NCBI GenBank assembly: GCA_965248265.1
Contig: CBDFJF010000002.1
Span: 3,648,001 to 3,712,000 of the forward strand
DNA: 64,000 nt
Reading direction: 5' to 3'
From: Candidatus Latescibacterota bacterium
GTDB taxonomy: Bacteria; Latescibacterota; UBA2968; UBA8231
Below are positions 30,301 to 36,768 of this stretch, one piece after another (position 1 is the stretch's first letter; every line of letters starts with the position of its first letter). The notes beneath the pieces are model-generated. The model saw nothing but the letters and a program-made list of their open reading frames with translations. It did no database searches and was not told the DNA's origin. The translations under genes and the position numbers were made by a program.

Positions 30301-30766
30301 CAGATACGGAGACCGTATCCAGAAAACTCTCGCCGCCATTCACGCTCTTGGCGTACACGACGCCATAAACCGGTGTAGCGAAAGCGCCATTGTCGGTGTT
30401 GATGGTTCCGCGCTGCTGGACCCAGGCCCGGTGAATGAAACCGAACTGGTCAATGCTAATGGCCTGGGACATGTAGGCAGCGTTCCCGGCCTGCGCGGCG
30501 GGAAAGAACGGAACACTCTTTTCGAGCTTCTGGAAATTCCCGATGACGGGAAAATCCGCATTGGCCGCCTCGTTCAAGTCGACTCGCACCGTCACGTCCT
30601 TGTCCGTTACGAACGTGCTGGTGGTCGAACTGTCAGCGGCATTGAATCCAACAGGCGTCTGGTTCTCAAACACCGGCTGGGCATCGGCATCACCGCCGAA
30701 CCCGAAGCCAGCTATCAGAACCGCGACAGCCGTTCGGAAAATTTCACGCCTAAGACTCATAATCAA
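24359..30766 (-). CDS. Giant secreted surface protein: Asp-box propeller region, 4 Ig-like repeats, cohesin-like, dockerin-like, cohesin-like, FlgD-Ig/T9SS-type sorting domain
   Basis: Signal peptide (ADA-Q); SVNGGESF and SNDGGSSW Asp-boxes; GDATGDNQVDIAD...ADINNDGVINSLD dockerin loops; QNYPNPFNPSTEIKF...WDG...ASGVYFY; AAGGAG RBS. Confidence 0.9.
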   Translation of the reverse strand: MIMSLRREIFRTAVAVLIAGFGFGGDADAQPVFENQTPVGFNAADSSTTSTFVTDKDVTVRVDLNEAANADFPVIGNFQKLEKSVPFFPAAQAGNAAYMSQAISIDQFGFIHRAWVQQRGTINTDNGAFATPVYGVVYAKSVNGGESFLDTVSVSGTLRFDLITSSMTMDSGFSTVDIVVDGRGNPRVVYAMDHSPDGVTGGITENQTTTGTGNDRKGYDNIYFNYSNDGGSSWLPANDAVVVNDTATVQGRSNAFPRMAITLTDDCFIVYERQLNNATANFEDVIVAKMDADSLTGGSAQAVQIGSTGNTASRGGVRVDLDGSSGRAPDIAVGDDDVLHVSWYDENGAGVESIVHKTVPASVWDDVSAAGWNQGVGGDVVGSLDDEPANLGLGPTAAIIAANTAGGGLSSDRTFAAQAVGNSAVHIFSTVVVDRQRSPDRIYVLWKHTDAAAGTDGNDENINYDFYSYDGGIGPGSFDGTPTQAFPTNVAAAATYTTGNPAPLFQNMRGYQIENHWAFSDRIGAVVDDRRADQGDLHIVFSGAGSNDAVSRDVTGGTGQAVKILYSRFNGQEWELPQVVASAANNGAIHDDGVLEKHPELFEPDIAMISGDSNVYLTFVGGSPIAAGLATGPLAVAQGQDQAGRGSAALSNSNIAPLPYFKILGRVITDEDKSTPVGGFAYNLVYNPVNPQATSSRNLVHITVGDNANGAGIGATTPSTSSAPGGFLTGQWRSIQFSSMGVASLDPANFPLTFVAKGIANDVEATNDNGVWQGQNDEDGSVGLGEWGDDTDKVGLLVKLNVLASDSADNLFVISQSSAARPSGTGQQSVSQSISLRPGAVAAGSHAGTYVKGVRVDAARPGVADVGVNAAQGDEREAPVGSYFQMGANIAIVAANVAPVVRVVAPSASTSGFANESFTIRYVIFDDDDDVGATTGPTGADSLQMELYAYPDNGLTSVLDIRTFGNLIVDENDAFTAGFTSGSLAADGSGDLTESTSNTNIQDYSWDNPGLTLQTAYGFQSITKILDGTFFIYAVADDGANPPVFDVSEGPLTIRHIPLVKQITPTGTDTVDTGEFDDLSKTNPFKVLFTIVDFNDNAQVRLFVSTSSALVDSNASISAGIFPNATLELAGATPVQLSDSLRTDDDFEFDFDVTAQGAAGDSVIAQGNYFIYAVVTDGDSTIVGKSTQTLAIRHSPAFEFTAPLAGETRKINTTQGQTQYTFQWQRGRSDVDIDDNATISLYYTGLDPAVKDFSGTDSTDLVATTGTDSGAAVLIISGLSEDDEGGGDQFVWDLANPPGVLPKVFRQNPAPVAALPGNSANPFAYQVGATTDTAWVYAVVNDGSSGNVRVSLGGAVLLVGTQESPASSAPKVTMKTPPSGGQTLINGDVIRLEYDAFLIDDGTGTDDAYLRLYAAPANKYSTLTQLEGNMNGLGTGNADVLLINSITGADTTNAHVQTIRESDPKFFNWDTKTTSFPALAGGSTFDIFIAGSSNPRFGENIYISEVIDSVATGIGSQAQRAVLSKAPGTLSVVGTDPLYSIEMGPAALTASSGDTLDFDILINSQGSSTDLFALHLDVPRRYFEVIDQDTVTAGVQPFVDSVGAFQAPSTIAQNDTSTGDAQFLKLNFVEFSVTGEVIGRVTTPFDSSQVSATLRLLVKQFDGGAPLDTLLQWSTESGRTTALYRGINQLAAPTRDANVILTPRARLLVTVPLEGRSDYADTMDVHLREVGSTKDVTDQAYIASNDSTPVDLGGGVLEDSVNVPTSSFGTFQLIQIPPGIYELTVKAPGYVTGRTDTLNLFNGLTQAIEPTFGSDALGDLSPATPLGFLLGGDATGDNQVDIADANQIFAVWNLTPADAGFVRDADINNDGVINSLDIGFVSTNFNKFGAPPVFKPVVGGDNAGAIARVEGMEDVEAWWPGKVFELTATVEGMNDVTAYGMTMTYDPELVRPLEADQAVEQGDIFDENSAGSLFFQRVQPGVIEVTGSRIGRGWSARGDADLVTVHFVTLGDEPGVIDIASGNLVNSNYQGVQMQVDSAPALPTIAALHQNYPNPFNPSTEIKFDIPTARDVKLRIYNQLGQTVRTLVDNRMKAGTYNLKWDGADTQGRAVASGVYFYNLEAGEFSQIRKMMLVK

Positions 30767-31053
30767 ACACTCCTTCCATGGACACAGCTATTTTGCTGAA
30801 AGCGAACTAGCGCGATTGGCCGCAACCCATTTCCCTATGGACCGCCTACCAACCTCAAACAGACCTGAGGTCCGCCCCCACGGGCCTTCAGTCTGACGGT
30901 TGAGCTTAAGTGTTCAGTGAATCTGATGGTTGTTCTCTCCTTAACGTTCCTCGTGCGTTTCATGCGTTGCTAGTGCTGGTACATCTGTTCATGCTTCCAC
31001 TTCTTTGGATCTTACTGCCTACAGCTTTGCTCGATCGAAACTGTTGGGGAACA

Positions 31054-31218
31054 GTACGCGGAACTACGGACACCCCTACATAGAAAGTCCCCGGGTTCCT
31101 TACCCCGTTTATCGGCATCTGCAGTACGAACTTCAGGATATTTTTCATCAGGGTAGTAGTCGACGAACCCGGAGGCACTCCCTACGTTGCGCGTTGCCCG
31201 GTGAATTCGGCCGCGTAC
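31054..31218 (-). ncRNA. Candidate rod-shaped structured RNA (sRNA or 5' leader), family unassigned
   Basis: Five nested helices found by hand, with G-U pairs only in the minus-strand transcript; TATAAT at 31227-31222 just upstream. Confidence 0.5.
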
Positions 31219-31548
31219 ATTATTATATAGACGCTTACCAGCATCCCCCCTTCCCCTAAAAGGACCAGGAGTGAGTGGCACATCCACAGGCGCCAGAAGC
31301 ATAGTGCTCAAAAGTTCACCAATACTTGTCTTGCTCAGGCCAGATCCTTGCCTGTTCGAGTTTGCCCCCATATATTCGAAAGCCAGGGAGCCGGCCCATC
31401 GGTGAGGACGGGCGGCTCCGCTTCGCTTTCAGACAAAGCTGTGCCCCTTATGGTTAGGATCGGCCTCCGTCAGCACTTGCAGATGTGGGGGAGCTCGCGC
31501 TGAAGCGAGGGCACGGTATGGGACATAAACTTTGGTCAGTCCCAGTTA

Positions 31549-31564
31549 AGCAAGTGCCATGCCA
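31549..31564 (-). promoter_or_regulatory. Putative sigma54 (-24/-12) promoter pointing toward the giant surface-protein gene
   Basis: Minus strand TGGCATGGCACTTGCT, matching TGGCA-N6-TTGCW. Confidence 0.65.
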
Positions 31565-31602
31565 TCACCTAATCAGGTTCGTCTGACGATTGTATCATGC
31601 AC

Positions 31603-31630
31603 TTGCACAAACAGTAACGTCCTCTATTTA
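31603..31630 (+). promoter_or_regulatory. Putative sigma70 promoter for rpsT
   Basis: TTGCAC-N16-TATTTA. Confidence 0.35.
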
Positions 31631-31715
31631 AGCGGACTAGTCAGGGTCTGCTGAGGAAGTTTTTACCTAGACGAACGGTTCATCGCGACGTGGCTTGAAT
31701 GTAGGAGAAGACCTT

Positions 31716-31970
31716 TTGCCGAAGCCCAGATCATCAAAGAAGCGATTGAAACAATCCCTTGTACGGCGCGACCGCAATCGTGCCGTTATGTCGACGATGC
31801 GGACTGCTGTCAAAGCCGTGCGGCAGGCAGCTGACAAGGAAAGTGCGACTGCCGCCCTGGCCACGGCGATCGGAACAATCGATCACACGGCTCAAAAGGG
31901 TGTGATCCACCCCAACAAAGCCGCTCGCTACAAATCCCGTCTTACCAGGCAGGTACAGGCTCTTAACTGA
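31716..31970 (+). CDS. rpsT: 30S ribosomal protein S20
   Basis: TTG start after AGGAG; SSKKRLKQS...RNRAVMSTMRTAVK...KGVIHPNKAARYKSRL. Confidence 0.97.
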   Translation: MPKPRSSKKRLKQSLVRRDRNRAVMSTMRTAVKAVRQAADKESATAALATAIGTIDHTAQKGVIHPNKAARYKSRLTRQVQALN

Positions 31971-32003
31971 ATCTGGCCTCACACTGAAGCAACTACGATC
32001 GAG

Positions 32004-32038
32004 GCCTGTTGCTCCCAACCAGGAGCAACAGGCTTTTT
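32004..32038 (+). terminator. Rho-independent terminator of rpsT
   Basis: GCCTGTTGCTCC-caacca-GGAGCAACAGGC-TTTTT, perfect 12-bp stem. Confidence 0.9.
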
Positions 32039-32062
32039 CTGTTCATTTCCCTACATTTAGAG

Positions 32063-33769
32063 ATGCCCATGACGCTCTCTCGCCGGTCGCCTGGCGTCTC
32101 TTATGCTGTCCTAGTCGCCATCTGCACGCTCGCCGTCCACCTGATTGTACTCGGCAATGGCTTCCATTACGACGACGGCCACTCCATCGTTCGCAATCCA
32201 CACATCCGCGACTTGGGCAACCTGGGAGAATTCTTTACCGATCCAGCCATGTACTCGGAGAATCCGGCGTACGGCATGTTCCGCCCGCTGGTTCTTGTGT
32301 CCACGGCAATCAATTACCGTGTTTCCCACCTTGTTTCAGGTGAATCGGAAGACGGCTACGACCCATCCGGCTACCTGGCGCTGAATCTGGCTGTTCATCT
32401 GGCCAACTCGTTGCTGGTTCTGTCCATACTATCTCAATTGATTGTCCCTCAATCTATTAGGATCTTTGGAGCCGTTGCATTTGCGCTCCATCCACTTCAC
32501 GCCGAAGTCATCAACTACGCCAGTGCCCGGTCAGAATCCCTGGTCGCCTTTTTTTACCTTGGCGCCGTGTATGGCTATCTCCGTTGGCGATCCCTGGAAA
32601 AACGTTCAGCCATGTGGTTGGGGGTGTCCTCTGCCCTGTTTACATGCGCCCTGTTGACGAAGGAAATTGCAGTTACCCTGCCCCTCGCCCTGCTCGCTGT
32701 GGAGTACTATAGGCAGCAAGGCCTGAGGCCACGGTTGTTGCAGCTCGCATCGTTGCTCCCGAAAGTCCGCGACCTGACGATATACCTTGTCATATTATCT
32801 ATTTATTTGGTTGTATATCAACAGGTTACTGGATCCGAGTCTATCTCACCCATAGGCACAGAGGGTGCCATCAGATCGTGGAACAGCCAACTGGCAACGC
32901 AGGCTAAGGCCATCGTCCATTACATCCTTGGTGCCGTTCTCCCAGTCAGGATGAGTGTCTATCCGCAATTCCAGGAGTCCCCGTCCCTCATCGGGACAAT
33001 TCCCCTGGTGAGCGTCCTGATGACGTCATCTCTCTGCCTCGTTGCCTGGAGGCTGCGCTGGGCAGTACCTGCCCTCACCTTTGGTGTCAGCTGGTTCCTG
33101 ATTGCCCTGATTCCGACCAGCATCATTCCACTGCACATTCTGGTCAACGATCACCGTCCATACCTCTCGCTCGTCGGCTTCACACTGGCTTTCTGGACGC
33201 TTGCGACGCGCTTCAAGCACCGCTGGATTCTATGGACCTTGTGCGGCCTCTTGGGGTTGCTGGCCCATCAGAGAGACGCCGTGTGGAGAGACGAGATAGC
33301 TCTTTGGCAGGATGCGGCGCAGAGAGGTCCCATGATGCCGGAGGCCCATTTCAATCTTGGCCATGCCTATCACATGATGGGAAATCTGTCTGGAGCCGTG
33401 GGTGCGTACGAAAGAGCGGTGGAACTGAGTCCGCGATACGCTCGAGCCCAGATAAATCTGGGGGCCCTTTACCGGGAACAGGGACGAACTGAGGAGGCCA
33501 TGAAAGCGTTTCAGCATGCCCTGGAAGGCACGCCAACATCGGTGGAAGCCCTTAATAATTTAGGACTTACGCACGCCACCCAGGGCGCTGACGAGATCGC
33601 AATCGGGCTTTACAAACAAGCGCTCGCGCTTGAGCCGGACAAAGCAGAGCTATGGTTGAATCTGGGCCTTTCTCTAAGGAACGCTGGCAACAGGAAAGAG
33701 GCGATCCGGGCATTGAAACGAGCTCTCGAGTTGGACCCGCAGATCAAACACCGTTTTCCAGCCCGATAG
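32063..33769 (+). CDS. TMTC-like GT-C glycosyltransferase with C-terminal TPRs (paralog 1)
   Basis: NGFHYDD..SIVRNPHI, MFRPL, FALHP..AEVINY..ARSE, LLTKE, VNDHRPYL, W.DEIALW.DA, several TPRs. Confidence 0.88.
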   Translation: MPMTLSRRSPGVSYAVLVAICTLAVHLIVLGNGFHYDDGHSIVRNPHIRDLGNLGEFFTDPAMYSENPAYGMFRPLVLVSTAINYRVSHLVSGESEDGYDPSGYLALNLAVHLANSLLVLSILSQLIVPQSIRIFGAVAFALHPLHAEVINYASARSESLVAFFYLGAVYGYLRWRSLEKRSAMWLGVSSALFTCALLTKEIAVTLPLALLAVEYYRQQGLRPRLLQLASLLPKVRDLTIYLVILSIYLVVYQQVTGSESISPIGTEGAIRSWNSQLATQAKAIVHYILGAVLPVRMSVYPQFQESPSLIGTIPLVSVLMTSSLCLVAWRLRWAVPALTFGVSWFLIALIPTSIIPLHILVNDHRPYLSLVGFTLAFWTLATRFKHRWILWTLCGLLGLLAHQRDAVWRDEIALWQDAAQRGPMMPEAHFNLGHAYHMMGNLSGAVGAYERAVELSPRYARAQINLGALYREQGRTEEAMKAFQHALEGTPTSVEALNNLGLTHATQGADEIAIGLYKQALALEPDKAELWLNLGLSLRNAGNRKEAIRALKRALELDPQIKHRFPAR

Positions 33770-35831
33770 GATTCGACGACTGACTCTCTGGTTCTAAGGA
33801 CAGGAAATACAGAGCAAAGTCCCCGAAACTCTGCTGAGCCAGCCCACTGCTGAAGACGTATAGCCCATAGTGTCGCCGGGCGCTCACTTGAGCCAGGTAC
33901 AGCTCCGCGAAAGGCCTTTCAACTGTACCCTCCAACTCAATCGTTTGAGTCAGTGGTTTGGCCATCTGAACAACCTGCAGATCCTCCAGGCCGGCGGCTG
34001 ACCCAGCCTGATACAGAGAGACAAAAGCCCCTTCGGCCGCTGATTTTGTATAGGCCAGCAGAAGCAACCCATCGGCACGAGGATGGTAGCGAAAGCTGGA
34101 GTGCAGGACAAAGGTTGCCTGGTCCGTACTGGAGAGCCCTAGTTGCGAGCTCCCAGCAGCATCGACAGCGACCGAAATCCTTGTCGTCTTCGGGTGGCTC
34201 TCGTAATAGACCCGCCAGGTATCAGCTGCCAGGCTCCGCGGGCCGTCAATGACCGCGCTCGGCGCCTGCAATGACTCGAACAGGCGTAGATTGCCAGTTT
34301 CACGGACAACACGGAATGCTTTCGCGGGGAGTTCATATTTCCTGGATCGATCAGTGTGGCCGGTTTTCGCGGTGGTGAAGTTAGTCGTCAACATGTAATC
34401 GCCGAGCGAGTACCGGGGACCGTCACCTTGTCGGGCCGCCAAGAGAAGCCTTTTCAAACTCCCGGATAGGACAACCTCGCTGACACGCTGTAGCAGTAGA
34501 TCATCCGTGTAGTAGCCAAGAGAGCTGTCCATGATGTAGGGTGCGACCACCATATCGCCATGGCGTGCCTCCTCAGCGATCATCCGACCGAACTGCCGAT
34601 ACCGGGTATCGGTCGGTCCATCAAAGCTGTCGGGTAAAAAGCTGGCGACTGCGATACCGGTTGTTGCGACCAGAGGCATCGAGCGCCTAAAACCCGATCC
34701 CCAATCAGGTCTCAAGCGTTGAATCAACTCGGGAGCCGCTGTCACACCTTTAGCAACCAAGAGCATGAGGAATGGTGTAGCAAAAACATACACTCTGCTG
34801 GGTCCAGCAACGCCCATTAGCAGATTGAGCGCGAATGGGACAGTCATGACCAGAAGGACCAGGGCCATTGTCCGCCTGTGCTCGAAAGCCAGCACGACCA
34901 TTCCCAGCAACCCGAATGCAAGGCTCAACAACGGCCAGCGTGATGGGCCCGCCTGTGCCAGAACGCCGAGCCATATATCCACGAGGGCACGCGGATCTTG
35001 TGCCAGGGGAATCCCCCACTGACGGCTCAGCAGCTCCAGTTGTTCGCGCATCGGCAGGTAGACGGCGGCGATCATCACCAACATGATTGTCCCTGCAGCA
35101 ACGAACGGCCATATCAGCTTCAACGAGCGGGAAACTGGACCGTCGGCTAACCAGGTGGCGCGCAACAGACACCCCCCAGCCCATACCAGTACGGCAGACA
35201 CCAGATAAATCCCACTGGGGACCGTGAGTACGGCCAGGAAACCGCCAACGGCACAACCACCCCACCAACACAGGCCGCTTATTGATTTGGTGGAGTCCAC
35301 TGCTCTCAACGCGAAGTACGCGTGGAGCGTGGACATCAATACCAACAGGGTATACCCCCTGGCCTGAATGGATGCGGAGACCTGACCCGGGCACAGTGCC
35401 ATCAGCAGCGCAGCCACGAGCGCAGTCAGAAGTGACCCTGTGAGCACTCTCGCCAGGAAGAAGGAAGCGGCAACTGTGGCAATTCCCGCGGTAGCGGCGG
35501 GCAAACGAATCGCCCAGTCGCTGTTGCCAAACAGTGTGGCGCTCAACTTCACGCACAGGGTATGGAAGATGTGATTGTTCGGAGCTTCGTACGATGAAGG
35601 GATCGCTGTCCAGGGTTTCGACGCGAATGTGACCCAGGTGAAGACCTCGTCGTGACCGAGGGAACGGTCGATTCCCTGCAGGCGGAGCCAGGCACCAACC
35701 GCTAGCGCTAAACCCAGAATTACCCAAACGGCCGCGGATGAAATGCCGTCTGACTTAGATTGCCCCGTCGAAACGCTCATTTGCTGAAGATCGCCAGATC
35801 TCTTCGATCCGTGAGCCTCATGATCACTCAC
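33744..35831 (-). CDS. GT-C glycosyltransferase (PMT/GT39-like) with extracytoplasmic C-terminal domain
   Basis: RL..I.RSLGHDEVFT, PNNHIFHT, AIRLP, QARGY; many TM helices; GTGA overlap with cysK stop. Confidence 0.82.
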   Translation of the reverse strand: MSDHEAHGSKRSGDLQQMSVSTGQSKSDGISSAAVWVILGLALAVGAWLRLQGIDRSLGHDEVFTWVTFASKPWTAIPSSYEAPNNHIFHTLCVKLSATLFGNSDWAIRLPAATAGIATVAASFFLARVLTGSLLTALVAALLMALCPGQVSASIQARGYTLLVLMSTLHAYFALRAVDSTKSISGLCWWGGCAVGGFLAVLTVPSGIYLVSAVLVWAGGCLLRATWLADGPVSRSLKLIWPFVAAGTIMLVMIAAVYLPMREQLELLSRQWGIPLAQDPRALVDIWLGVLAQAGPSRWPLLSLAFGLLGMVVLAFEHRRTMALVLLVMTVPFALNLLMGVAGPSRVYVFATPFLMLLVAKGVTAAPELIQRLRPDWGSGFRRSMPLVATTGIAVASFLPDSFDGPTDTRYRQFGRMIAEEARHGDMVVAPYIMDSSLGYYTDDLLLQRVSEVVLSGSLKRLLLAARQGDGPRYSLGDYMLTTNFTTAKTGHTDRSRKYELPAKAFRVVRETGNLRLFESLQAPSAVIDGPRSLAADTWRVYYESHPKTTRISVAVDAAGSSQLGLSSTDQATFVLHSSFRYHPRADGLLLLAYTKSAAEGAFVSLYQAGSAAGLEDLQVVQMAKPLTQTIELEGTVERPFAELYLAQVSARRHYGLYVFSSGLAQQSFGDFALYFLSLEPESQSSNPIGLENGV

Positions 35832-36745
35832 TCATACACGCCCGTGCTCAGATAGCGCATACCACTGTCGCACAGAATAGTCACGACACTCTGATCAGAC
35901 GCCATCTCGGCCGCAACCTCAGCCGCGGCGAGAGCATTCGCCCCTGCTGATATGCCGACGAGGACACCCTCTTCGCGCGCGAGTCGACGCGACATCAGAT
36001 AGGCATCGTCGTCGCTGACCGTCCTCACCTCATCTAGCACATCGCGGTTGAGGACGTCCGGCACGAAGCCGGCCCCAATCCCCTCGATGTAGCTCAATCC
36101 AGGAGCACCGCCCGACAGGACCGCGGAGCCTTCGGGCTCAACGGCAATGACGCGCACGTCAGGAAGCTCCGCCTTCAGAATCTCACCGATACCGGTTATC
36201 GAACCCCCCGTGCCAACCCCGGCGACGACGGCGGCGATGCCTTCCGGCATCTGTGCCAGGATTTCCCTCGCCGTGGTTTCGCGGTGTATCTGCGGATTCG
36301 CCAGATTGGCGAACTGCTGCGGCAGAAAGTATCCCGGATTCTGACGCGTCAGTTCCAGCGCCCGTTCGATGGCTCCACGCATGCCCTCGGAGGCCGGTGT
36401 CAACAGCACCTCAGCGCCGTACGCCTGCATCTGTTGCCGGCGTTCCTTACTGGCCGTATCGAACATGGTCAGGATCAACCGGTAGCCCTTCACCGCCGCT
36501 ACCATGGCGAGGCCGATCCCGGTGTTGCCGCTGGTCGGCTCGACGATGGTTCCACCGGGCTTCAGGTCGCCGGCCTCTTCGGCTGCCTCGATCATGGCCA
36601 GTGCAATCCGGTCCTTGACGCTGCCACCTGGGTTGGCGGACTCCAGCTTGGCCCATACCTGAGCACCGTCTTCGTTTACCACACGGTTCAACCGCAGCAT
36701 CGGCGTGGCGCCTATGAGCTCGAGGACATCGTTTGCGCGTTTCAT
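35828..36745 (-). CDS. cysK: Cysteine synthase A (PLP)
   Basis: KLESANPGGSVKDRIA, EPTSGNTGIGLA, QQFAN, GVGTGGS, IEGIGAGFVP, GISAGA; ATG 36745. Confidence 0.93.
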   Translation of the reverse strand: MKRANDVLELIGATPMLRLNRVVNEDGAQVWAKLESANPGGSVKDRIALAMIEAAEEAGDLKPGGTIVEPTSGNTGIGLAMVAAVKGYRLILTMFDTASKERRQQMQAYGAEVLLTPASEGMRGAIERALELTRQNPGYFLPQQFANLANPQIHRETTAREILAQMPEGIAAVVAGVGTGGSITGIGEILKAELPDVRVIAVEPEGSAVLSGGAPGLSYIEGIGAGFVPDVLNRDVLDEVRTVSDDDAYLMSRRLAREEGVLVGISAGANALAAAEVAAEMASDQSVVTILCDSGMRYLSTGVYE

Positions 36746-36768
36746 CGTACTGACTCCGATGTTGTCAT

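Noticed and set aside
31133-31151. CTGATGA...CTGA on minus inside the rod RNA (hammerhead core or C/D-box K-loop)
   Set aside because: No stem II or downstream GAAA for a hammerhead; the C/D-like match is too short to support alone
31330-31370. GGGCAAAC on minus resembling a c-di-GMP-I riboswitch start
   Set aside because: Lacks the GAAA tetraloop stem and the downstream GCAAAGC element
31012-31371. 119-aa minus-strand ORF (and 72-84 aa neighbours) in the intergenic region
   Set aside because: No RBS or recognisable motif; it spans a TATAAT box and the RNA hairpin, which explain the sequence better
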